NCBI GenBank assembly: GCA_050273025.1
Contig: CP158636.1
Coordinates: 11,284,001 to 11,348,000 of the forward strand
Source of the DNA: Cenococcum geophilum
Taxonomy: Eukaryota
Length of the DNA stretch: 64,000 nt
Reading direction: 5' to 3'
Below the pieces are notes generated by a model. It was given only the letters and a program-made list of their open reading frames with translations. It had not been told where the DNA came from and made no database searches. A program made the translations under genes and the position numbers. Positions 39,501 through 50,483 of this stretch are shown in pieces (position 1 is the first letter of the stretch; the number at the start of each line of letters is the position of its first letter).

Positions 39501-41014
39501 TATAGTTATGCTTAAGCCATTATATAGAATTACAGAGGTAGGAACTTACTAGTGGGCTACCTATAGCAAGCACTATAAAGAGAAGCTTTTAATAACTACT
39601 TCTATATTTAACCCCTACTTCCTTATTATAACTATAGAAACTTTATTCAGAATTATTAGTATATAAACTAATAATATAATTATCTTAGGAGACGACTAGT
39701 TTTTAGCTCTTAAGGAAGACGAGCTAATAAAGGTAAATCTTATGGTAAAGCTAAAGGAAAATCTTAATTTAATAACACTATTACTCTTTAATAAATGCAT
39801 CTTCTCCCTAAATAAGGATTCTATTACTTTACGCTAGAAGGGTTAAGGTAAGAAGATTAACGTTATTAACGTTAATTCCCTAAAGTAAGGATATATAGAG
39901 CAACGCGCTCGCAGAGCTTATATTACTTTTATCTGTTAACCTAAGGCTTTATTTAATCTCTTTATTGCCGCCTAATACTAGGAACTAACTAAGGATAACG
40001 TTCTTACCTTAAATAAACATCTTTCCTGGCAAATAAACCATCTTAATTGGGGATTGCTCTATATACCTATTAATCTTCCTACTACTAAGCTCTTTATATT
40101 TGTTAATAGATCGTTTATAAATAATAAAGATTTTAGCTCCTAGTTAGGATATAAGATTATTATCGCGAATAAATCTACTAGAGAGAATAACTTTATAATC
40201 TACGGTAACCTTATTTATTAGAGCTTAACTAAGAGTAAGCGTATTACTTAAAGCGTTTTAGTATTAGAGATATATAGAATAGTTAGTAGAGTTAATATAG
40301 CAATTGCAATTAGAATTACCCTAAAGATAATTATAGATTAACTTAAACTTCCTATTATCCCTATAATTATGTGCACCGACTTATATTCCCTCTATAAGTA
40401 TTTAATTAAGCTTAGTACTATAAAGGAGAAGCGCCTTATAATTAATATTATGGTACTTTAGTAATCCTATAAGCGTTAAAAACTCTTTAAGATTTAATAA
40501 ATTAATGGCTAAGATAACCTAGTAGATATAATAATAAAGGCGAACCTAAATAAGGCACTAGAGACGTTTATTAATACAAATACTCTACGTATATAAGTTA
40601 AAGGTTAGGTTAAAAGGGAGTCCTTAGAAATTTCTTAGTTATATAAGGTCTTAAGATATCCAGGAACTTTAACCGGCTATTAAAGTTGTTTAATTAGTTA
40701 GATTCTCTTACTAAGACTTTTTAAAAGGGGGGAGTATAACGTTCTGTAGACCCTAACTCCAACTAGCTAATTAGGATTTTCCATCCCTAGGATAAAAAAT
40801 CGCTATTGGCTCGCTTATAACTAGCGCCTTAGCGGCCCTAACGTAACGTCTACCTACAACTCCTTAGTAAGAGAGTACTACGTGCTAAGAGGCAAATTTT
40901 AGGACAGTAAGACTTATATTATAATAGTAATAGTAAGTAAGGAGGATTTATATTTATTGCGCTAGTTAAGCAGTATTTATATATAGATGGTAACTATAAA
41001 AGAAGAGTTACTAG

Positions 41015-41180
41015 TGTCGGGAATAAGGCAAGCGGTCGTCACGTGACGCCGCGGCACTAGCGTAGCGAGGAGTCTTAAGCTCCTCGCCCTTCCTCATTCT
41101 AATAAATAAGCTTTATTAACTAACATCACTATAACCTACTCGAGTAGTCGTTATTGGTGAGTCACCCTATGTGACCAATA
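41015..41180 (+). repeat. Copia 3' LTR
   Basis: tgtcgggaat...gtgaccaata followed by TSD attcc. Confidence 0.92.
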
Positions 41181-41484
41181 ATTCCTAATACGTGTATTAA
41201 CAGACTATAAAAACTTATAGTACTTTATAATTATAAAGCAATTAATATAATGCTAAATTTATTAAGCTAAATACCTCTTATAATTTAACTTTAAGATTAT
41301 ATACTAACTTAGCAAACTTAATTAAAAGCCTAACTTATTAATATAATAATTATAGGACTTACCTATAAATGCCTTTAATAAACGGATTAGAAAGCCGCTA
41401 TAGCAGTAAAATACACCTACTACCTTTTTAATAAAGAAATAACCACTTCTAATTAAATCTACGGCAGAATATGCCCTAGAATTA

Positions 41485-42960
41485 ATGTACGCATTACAGC
41501 CGGAAAGCCTACGCGACCTAAGAAGGTCGCTGTAAACTTAAAGGTAGGCCAATACATAGAAAAACGCAACACCATAACAAACCTATTAGGGGGCGACGCA
41601 ACCACATTAACTTAAGGACATTAACTAAAAATGGCAGAAACTTATAGACACCCTAAAAGACATTAAGGAAGATTTAGGGAAGGAAGAAGACGAATACCCA
41701 CGCGTAGGGGTAGCGCGTATAGCCTAACAGGTAGGACAAATCGCTAGGGAACTTTGGACGAGATATAATAGGAACTAAAACGCGGTAAAAGATAGGCTTA
41801 GGCGTATTAAGGATGCTATAAAAGTATAGGGAGTACTAATAGTACCGGCAATAAAGCTATTATAGGCAAATATCGCTATAAGCGCCTAACCGGCGCCTTT
41901 TTAGCGTATACCTAGCGTGGCACCGATTAGGGCTATAGTTAGGGTTAGAATACTAGAGATAGTAGGAGCGGAACTAGAATAGATCCTTATATTAATTAAG
42001 GTATATATACTAAGGGCAGTGGCGGTAAGGGTACTATAAAGCGGCGATATTAAAGTTACGCTCCCTAATCAGCAGATAAAGAATTAGGTTATTACCTAGG
42101 GAGATACCCCTAAGTATAAGATCCTCTAATAGGACTACCTAGTTAAAGTAATAGGGGTACCCCTTAATACATAAGTAGAAAGTAGGCGAGGCGCTATAAA
42201 TATATAGCTTATTTAGAGGATTACGAAGGCTACTAAAAAACTAGTCCTAGGAATTATTATAATTAGAGTTGTATAGCTTAATAAAGAATGTATAATGTAT
42301 ATAGGGGAGTTACTAGGGTTCCAAAAGGTTAAAACGCGCGGTATCCTAATAATTAGCCTACTAATATAAGAGATATAGGTAGCATTAGCCTATAAGGGAG
42401 TAGTTATAGATAGCCTCTAGTATAAAGCCCGGCTCTACTACTACGGAGTCTAAGTTAAACGATGCTTTAGATGCTAATAGTAGGGATATACCTAGAGCGT
42501 ATATAGGAGGTAGGTAAGGTGCGGAGAGTATATCAACACTTATAATACTAAGGACTACCTAAAAGACAAAGGAGCTAGATACGTAAATTACGGCAAAGAA
42601 TATAGAGTATAGTAGAAGATGGCGTGCAAGACCTACTAGGTATACTAAGAAGCCACTATAGTAAGATAAGCCCAGCTATATTAGATTACAGCTTCGCTAC
42701 GGGGAAACGCCTATAAGAAGAATAAGATAAGTAGGGTAAGCGAAGGTAGGTGGATAGTTGCTTAACGGAAAAGGTCTAGGGTACCTACCCCTATAGGAGC
42801 ATTATCTACCCAACCGGCAGCAAAATGGAGCGTAGGACGCCTATAAGGCAGCACTAACGCGGCTAGAGACCTATCCCAGCAGAGAATCCTAACTATAATG
42901 GCCCTAGCCGAGACGCCCTAAATATAAAGGGAAGATGCCTATAAGTCACCAAACGAGTTA
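41485..42960 (+). pseudogene. LINE ORF1 with three zinc knuckles
   Basis: De-RIPed RCFRCQQWGHTQS.C (~42460), RCGEC...H.TKDC, RCVNCGKEHRAW...C (~42578-42630). Boundaries approximate. Confidence 0.8.
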
Positions 42961-45900
42961 TAAAAGGGTTAATAATAGTATAATACAACTACGGATATTT
43001 AAACTATAGAGTAACATGCCCTTTGTTCGATAGCTTTAACCTAAAAGAATACTAGATAATAGCCCTATAAGAACTAGCCTATAATAAGCAAACCTAAAAA
43101 ATATATAAACTAAAAGAATACTACCTCCTATATAAACCAGACCCGGCTACCCGCGCGTACTTCCTAATTAGCCAATATATTAGTATATAGGCGTAGGGCT
43201 ACCAGACCATTAGCCCTAATATAGCTAAAGTATAAATAGCTATAGATAGGGGCTAAATTAGTATAATTAACGTCTATAACCTAAGCGATAATAGGCCCTA
43301 GATAGCCATATAGGGACTACTATAATATACTATCAATATAGTAAAAGGCGAGATAATAGTCCTAGGGGACTTTAATGCACACTATATAGCATAGGGAGGC
43401 CAGTAGGCCATAGTAGAAGTATAGGTAACCCACCTACTTAACGAACTAGAAACGCAAGGCCTTATTTTAACTACCCTAACTAGCGAACCTACCTAGAAAA
43501 GAGGGATTTAGGAGAGTATAATCAACCTAACATTTATATAAGAAGCACTTACAGACCGGCCAGCGTTCTATAGGATAAAAAATATATAGGCAATAACTGC
43601 AGACCATATACCCATACGGATTTCTCTTAACGTTAACGCTTTAGCGCAATAAACCCACCGGAAATACGCCATACGAAAACTTAATCAGAAAAAATACTCC
43701 TAAGAAATTACTAATAGACTAGCATTAATACTGGAGGTAATGCTAGGGGATATCTAAAAAACTATAAGCAACTGCTTAAAAGAGTACTGCCTAAAAGCAA
43801 AACCCAGTAAACACGCCCAGTGGGAATAGTTACTAAAGGCGGCTTAGCTTATTGCAGGTATAAGGAGGGTAAAGCGTTAATATAGCGTAATAGGCGAGGC
43901 CCACTACTATTAGAGCTATAAGGCCCTAAAAAATAGGCTTAAGAAGACAATACGGAAGGAAAATAGAAATAGCTAGCGCCGGTTCCTAGAGGAAACCTCC
44001 TCAAACCCTACTAAACTACACAACTAAGGTTTTTAGCGCTTATTAAAGTGGAGCAGGCAAGCCGCAGGGGAAACGCTAGGTAACCCTTACCTATCTACAC
44101 TCCGCTAGATAGATTAAGACCAGTATATAAACGATAATAGGGAAAAAACAAAAATACTTATAGAGAGATTCTTTCTAGGCGCGTGCTAAGCGGACTTATA
44201 GGATATTAGTAACTAAGACCTCCCCCTACCTCTAGAGATAAGCTAGATAGTCTTACTAAAGGAAATAAAAGATGCTATACGGAGACTCCCTATTAGTAAA
44301 GCGGTAGGGCCTAATAGGATCCTAAATAAGGCGATTAAAGCTGCATTAGAGGTTATAGCTATACTACTAGCTAACGCCGCAACTATCTACCTCCTTAAAG
44401 GCAAGCTACCAGAATGCTATAAAGAAACAATTATAGTCGTTCTCCGAAAAGTAAATAAAAAGGACTACTCCCTACCAGGAAGCTACTAACTAGTTGCCCT
44501 TAAAAATACGCTAGGAAAGATATTAGAAAAGATAGTAGTAGAGCGCATATAAGAGGCCGTAAAAGAGTAAGGGCTACTGCCGTGGATATAAATAGGCGCA
44601 AGAAAGAAGCGATTAACCCTCTTAGCTCTCTCCCTAATTACCTCTAGCGTCTAGGCGGTGTAGTAAGCCCGCCTAGGCTGCGTAGTATCTATACTAAGCC
44701 TAGATATAAGCGGAGCCTTCAACTATATATTATATAAGAGGCTTCTATAGATCCTAAGAAAGAAGGGCCTACTAAACTAGATAATTAAGTTTATCTAAGC
44801 CTTCCTAATAGGGCGCACTACTAAAATAGTATTCGAGGGCTATAAAAGCGAAACAATACCAATACCCACAAGTATCCTATAAGGATCACCCCTTTCACTA
44901 ATCCTATTCCTTTTCTTTATATCTAAGCTACTAGAGACATTTAATAGTAACCATAAAATAGTAGCCCTAGGATTTATAAACGATACAAACCTAATTATAT
45001 AGGGAGACACGGTAGTAGAAAACTGTACTAGGCTAAATTAAGTACACAATAGGTATATCGCATAGGTAAAGCAATATGGGGTCAAATTCGCACCAGATAA
45101 ATACTAGCTTATCTACTTTATAAGGAAAAGGAGGGCAAATAACGACCTAGCATTAATAGTAAATATCTAGGGATGCGAAGAAAAACTAAAAGCAACCCTT
45201 AAGGTCCTAGGGGTCTAGGTAGACGCTAAACTAAACTAGAACGCGTATATCACATAGGCAACCTATAGGGGAGTAGCGGCGTTTGCAGCGGTATTATGAA
45301 TAGCAGCTTTAACCTAGGGACCCTCCTTTAGACGCACACGGCTACTATATACAGCAGTAGTAAGACCGATAATGCTATACGGCGCCTAGATCTAGGGCAT
45401 AGGACTAAACGGCAAACCACTAGCAAAGAGCTCCCTAGCGCTACTAGAAAAAATATATAACTAATGCCTATATAGAATTATAGGGGCCTATAAAAGGATA
45501 CTACGCGCCGCACTAGAGCGTGAAGTAGTAGTACTACTAATAGACGTATATATAGAGGCAACCGCTATATAGAGAGCAGCCACAGTACAAGACTACCCAG
45601 TAGAGAAGGAGATACGCCGGATATTAAAACGTATATAAGGAATAAGGGCCCCCTAAAGGGGTACTACGCCTAAGCTTATAAGCTAAGAGACCCTACGCCT
45701 ATAGGTGGGAAAGAGAGAATAGGAAATATAGGAGCTACTATAACACCAAGCGGAGAACCGGCGCCGCGCCGGTAGAGCGCTACTACGGTAATAGAGGATA
45801 GGGGGCCACTAGTATAAGTAGAGATCTACTATATATATCGCAAGATGGGTAGATATTAAGTGGAAACGGTAATAGAAGAAGGCCGTAAAAGTATAGAGAG

Positions 45901-46320
45901 TAACTACGTGGGGCACCCTATAGTTAAAGCCGACTCTCCCCCTATATAAAGGATAAACGAAGGCGGAATCTACGGCCGCCTTCCTTTTACGGATAAAGGT
46001 CCTAGGACTAAATGCATGGCTAGCAAGCATCTATATCCCAAATACTATATCACACTACACCTATAGGTGGCCTATACAGTTAATACGCCACGTTTTACTC
46101 TTCTATAACTACCGTATAAACAGAGACCAGCTATTTGCTAGGGCGGGTATATATAATCTTACCTAAATGCTCTCTATAAGTAGGGGCCTACACGTAGCTA
46201 TAAAATGGCTTATAGGCTAAGGAGTTCTCTAGCAGTTCTAGATAGCGGATAAGATCTAACAGGAGGACATAGGGGGATACGCCCCTCTCCAGCCCCTTAG
46301 GGACTGGACACCCCCGTTAA
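42935..46320 (+). pseudogene. LINE ORF2: APE endonuclease, reverse transcriptase, C-terminal zinc finger
   Basis: De-RIPed QYNC, LGDFNAHH..WGG (~43361), IDLTF, DH; KAVGPDGIPN (~44298), SYRPVAL, LSLDISGAFD (~44694), PQGSPLS (~44877), GFVDD (~44970); C.CG...HVLLFC (~46055-46108). Confidence 0.9.
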
Positions 46321-48517
46321 GATAAAAGCGGCGCGTAGGCGAACCACTAGACCCTCCTACTACCCCCCTAGATCTTTTAAAATACTTTAGAAGCATAGTT
46401 TAAAAGGTAGATAGACTATAAAGGTAAACAGGCTAGGCGAAGGCGGAGCGCGTAAGACTAGCTGGAAGGTTAAACTAAGGGTTTTCCCCTTACTAGGGAT
46501 TTTTCCTATAAATAGAAGGTATAAGCCTATATGGACCTAGAAAAGGGACTAAATCGGGCAATAAATAGAATAAATAATAATAAACGGATTATAAATTAAT
46601 TATAAATTCTACTACCCCCTAAACGCTTTAAGAAGCTATACCCTATATTTTTAAATATAGAGCTTAATAGGAATATATTGGAAATTAATAAATAGGATAT
46701 AGAAATTAATAAATTAATAGAGTATAAATATAAGAATAACCCCTAGATAGTAGATATAATAAAAGTAATTTAAATAGGGAAATGGTAATATAAGGATATT
46801 ACACTTACTAAATGCGAAATCTATAATAATTGGTTATACTATTAATAGAAGATAGTAGTCCTAAATTCCAAACCCTTATAATTTAAGATACTTAAATTTA
46901 TATATAATTCCCCTATAGTAGGGTATCTTAGCTATATAGAGACCTATAAGATTATTTAATAAGTATATTACTAGCCTATAATATATAACTATATATAAAA
47001 ATACGTTTATGTATACAGAATATATATACGTAAGAAGACCTCTTATATAAAGAAATATAAAGTACTTTAACCGTTACTAATTCTAATATAAAAATAGTAA
47101 GATATTTTAATTAACTTTATAGTTAACCTACTTAATAGTAATAGGTTTATAAATATTATAGTAGTTATTAACTATTTTATAAAAATATAATATATAATTC
47201 CTATAGACTTAATTAATATAATATTAGTAGCCAAATATTTTATTAAGTACGTTTTTAAGCTATACGGACTTTCTAATTTAATAATATCTAACTATAGAAG
47301 CTAATTTATTTTAGACTTCTAGTAAGCCCTATATAAGCGATTAAGTATATAAATATAACTCTTAACTATATTTTATCTAAAGATAAATAGTTAAACTAAA
47401 ATTATAAACGCGATTATAGAATAATACCTATAAGACGACTAAGAAAAGTAGCTACCTTTAGCTAAGTTTACTATAAATAATACAAGAAACAAATTAATAG
47501 GCGTAACGCCGTTGTATGCAACCTACGGATAAGACCCTTAACTTAGATTTAAACTATAACCTATAATTAATATAATAGGACCTATAATTAAGAGGATTTA
47601 ACTAATTAAGGCGTATAACTTTATTAATTAAATAAAGTAGTTAACGGAACTATTATAAAGTAAATTAGTGTACGCTCAAATAGTATAGGAATGGTATATA
47701 AATAAAGGATAAGCTCCCGTATAGGACTTTAAGGAAGGTAATATAGTTTACCTAAATATATAAAACCTAAAGACTTAACAACCCTTAAAGAAACTGGATT
47801 AGAAATTTATAGGCCTATACTAAATTAAGAAGAAATTAAGCCTATACGCTTATAAGCTTAAACTGCTAACTAAGATAAAAATATATCTAACGTTTTACGT
47901 AAACTTGCTATAACCCTTAAAGGGTAAACCTAAAACTTATAAAGTGCCACCGCTACCTTTTATAATTATTAATAACAGTAACAGTTCTTACTTTATTAAC
48001 TTAATTAATAATATATAATAGAAGATATAGTCTAAATAATTTAAACTTCTTATTAAATAGAAAGGATATAAGATATAAACCTAGAAACCTTATAAGCAAA
48101 TTAAGACCAATGCGTCTTCCGTTAGGAAAAAATTTACTAGCATTTTTATAGCATTTAGCAGCATTTAGCGGCTAAATGCGCATTCCGCGCACTACAATAT
48201 ATAGCGTATAGTATTAACTAAAGTAAGGTATACTGCCGTATTTAATAATACGATGCAGCTAACTGCTATATTTAATAATGCGGTATAGTATACTATCGTA
48301 TTTAATAATGCGGTGCAGCTAATTGCGCATTTTACACTTAATGCGCAATTAATATATAATGCCCTCCTCGCGCATTCTATAGATCTTGCTCACTTTAAGT
48401 AATAAATAAGTATTACTCTTCCCATACATTTAATAGTATTTACTTAGTCTATATAGTTAGTATAAAATAAAATAAATTATTTTAGATAATTTAATATAAT
48501 ATAGTAACGGTTCTTTT

Positions 48518-48810
48518 CTACCTATCTACCTACTAACTTACCTACCTACCTACCTGCCTGCTAACCTACCTATCTGCTAACCTACCTACCTACCTACCTA
48601 CCTACCTACCTACCTACCTGCCTACCTGTCTGCCTATCTACCTATCTGCCTATCTACCTATCTACTTATCTGCCTATCTGCCTATCTACCTATTTATCTA
48701 TTTACCTATCTACCTATTTACCTATTTACTTATCTGCCTACCTACTTACCTACCTACCGGCCTGTCTGCCTATCTATCTATCTATCTATCTGTCTATCTG
48801 TCTATCTATA
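48518..48810. repeat. Degenerate tetranucleotide microsatellite (CCTA/CCTG/TCTA)n
   Basis: Direct reading. Confidence 0.95.
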
Positions 48811-48870
48811 TTACCTTAATTTAATCAATTAATAAAATCGTTTATAGTGTTCGCTGGCTGGTTATTTAAA

Positions 48871-49001
48871 TGGTTGTCTAGCTCTAGCGACGGTTATCTA
48901 GCTCTGGCAACGGTTGTCTAGCTTTAACGACGGTTGTTTAGCTCTAGCGATAGTTATTTAGCTCTAGTAATAGTCGTCTAGCTCCGGCGACAATTGTCTA
49001 A
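48871..49001. repeat. ~6 copies of a 21-bp tandem repeat (ggttgtctagctctagcgac-like)
   Basis: Direct reading. Confidence 0.9.
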
Positions 49002-49159
49002 TAATAGTTATCTACTAGCTGTTGTTCTGGTGCCTCCCTAGGTAAAGAGGATATAAAGGAAAGGGGGTAAAAAATACGGTAGCTACCTAGGTATATATAG
49101 GGGGTATACTTAGCAGAGGTATATATAGAGGCTATTAGGAATATAGCAGGGACTTAATA

Positions 49160-49560
49160 CAAAGCTTTATATAAAGCCTCTATATGTAGAGCTTCGCGTA
49201 AAGCTTTATATAAAGCTTCGTATAGAGCTTCGTATAAAGCTTTATACAGAGCTTTGTGCAGAACTTTATATAGAGCTTCGTATAGAGCTTAATATAGAGC
49301 TTTATATAGAGCTTTATACAGAACTTCGTATAAAGCTTCGTATAGAGCTTTATATAGAGCTTCGTGTAAAGCTTCGTATAGAACTTTGTATAGAGCTTCG
49401 TATAGAGCTTCGTGTAGAGCTTTGTGCAGAACTTCGTATAAAGCTTTATATAGAGCTTTATGCAGAGCTTCGTATAAAATTTCGTATAGAACTTTATGCA
49501 GAGCTTTATGCGGAACTTTATATAGAACTTTAAACTTTATATAGAACTTTATACAAAGCC
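49160..49560. repeat. 14-bp minisatellite (agagcttcgtat/gc-like), over 25 copies
   Basis: Direct reading. Confidence 0.9.
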
Positions 49561-49564
49561 TCTA

Positions 49565-49741
49565 TATTAGGAAAAAATTTACTAGTATCTAATTTTACTT
49601 TTCTGCCATTTTAGCATTTTCTAGCATTTAGTAGCTAAATGCTAATACTTAATTATAAATGCGGCATTTAGCTGCTAAATGCTAGAAAATGCTAAAATAG
49701 CAAAAAGGTAAAATTAGATGCTGGTAAATTTTTTCCTAACA
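49565..49741. repeat. 177-bp foldback palindrome (MITE-like) forming the right end of the TIR element
   Basis: tattaggaaaaaatttactag...gctaaatgc [~20-nt loop] gcatttagc...ctggtaaattttttcctaaca; arms of ~78 bp. Confidence 0.9.
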
Positions 49742-50197
49742 TCCCTAGTAAAAGAATTCTATAAGGGCTATCCTTTGCGGCCTACTTTAGCTAGATGGAT
49801 ATAATATAAAGGTAAATAACTGCTACTTAATATAAATATACGAAAAACGATAGCAGGAAGCTTAAAATTAAAAAGAACTTAAAATATATTATAATATTTA
49901 TAATACGGTTATATAATATACAAGATATTAAAGAACTTTAACCGCCAGTTAAAGTTATCTAATTAGTTAGATTTGCCTTACTAAGACCTACTATAAAGAT
50001 ATTAGTTCTGCTTAACGCCCTAATTAAGCTAATAGTAATTTTCTATACTGGGTATGGAAAATCCTAATTAGTCTATTTACGATTAGAACTAGTAGAACTC
50101 TATACTACTACCTAACGCGAATATATAAAAACATGATAAGTTATAAAGTTTTGACTAAATTGAATTGTTTTGGACCTTCGGCTAAAAGGGGGGGTAC

Positions 50198-50483
50198 TAT
50201 AACGGGACTAGCCTAGTTATAGTAGGAATATCTTGGTGAAATACTTAACAGATAAATTCCGACGCTTTAATTAAATTTTACTAAAGTCTGTTAAAGACCG
50301 CGTGTATATATATATATATATTGACCACCAAGCCCCTAACTATTTAATTACATAATTCTCTCGTTATTCCTTTCTCTTCTTTACGCAACGTCTTGTTCTT
50401 AGCGAGAGCTATATACCCTTAGATTTAGATAGAATTTATATTATTCCTTTAAATCTTCCCCAAAGTCTCTTCGCGCCCTTATA
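50198..50483 (+). repeat. Gypsy-A 3' LTR
   Basis: Direct repeat of 12725-13010, preceded by the PPT. Confidence 0.92.

Larger units (their letters stand above)
33013..41180 (+). mobile_element. Ty1/Copia LTR retrotransposon copy 1, inserted in the Gypsy-A RNase H
   Basis: 166-bp LTRs at 33013-33178 and 41015-41180, TSD attcc (33008-12 / 41181-85). Domain order is gag knuckle (CYVCKKPNCWS ~37049), protease (PDTGA ~37453), integrase (H..FGHP ~37850), RT (~39100-40000), RNase H (CTD ~40371). Confidence 0.92.
41390..46577 (+). mobile_element. Tad1-clade LINE (~5.2 kb), RIP-inactivated
   Basis: 14-bp TSD taataaacggatta (41376-89 / 46578-91), (TAA)n-like tail, ORF1 followed by ORF2. Confidence 0.92.
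48121..49741. mobile_element. Non-autonomous TIR element (~1.6 kb) filled with micro/minisatellites, in the Gypsy-A chromodomain
   Basis: Termini gttaggaaaaaattta(c/t)cagcat inverted at 48121 and 49718-49740. Absent from Gypsy-A copy 2 (~54605-54625). Apparent 3-bp duplication tcc. Confidence 0.8.
12725..50483 (+). mobile_element. Gypsy-A chromovirus copy 1, inserted in the Gypsy-B 5' LTR (own pieces 12725-15568, 32418-33012, 41186-41389, 46592-48120, ~49745-50483)
   Basis: 286-bp LTRs at 12725-13010 and 50198-50483, TSD ttaag (12720-24 / 50484-88), PPT aaaagggggggtac before the 3' LTR. gag ATG 13041; de-RIPed CCHC CFRCGKRGHIQRNC ~14048, protease LIDSG ~14353, RT YIDD ~15527, integrase ~46920-47500, chromodomain ~47990-48110. 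Confidence 0.92.

Noticed and set aside
40722..40745. PPT-like aaaaggggggag followed by tataac, suggesting an extra LTR inside Copia
   Set aside because: No second copy, matching end or TSD found in the window.
41390..41480. Ribozyme at the 5' end of the Tad1-like LINE
   Set aside because: No P1/P3/L3 pattern visible; this copy may be 5'-truncated or lack one.
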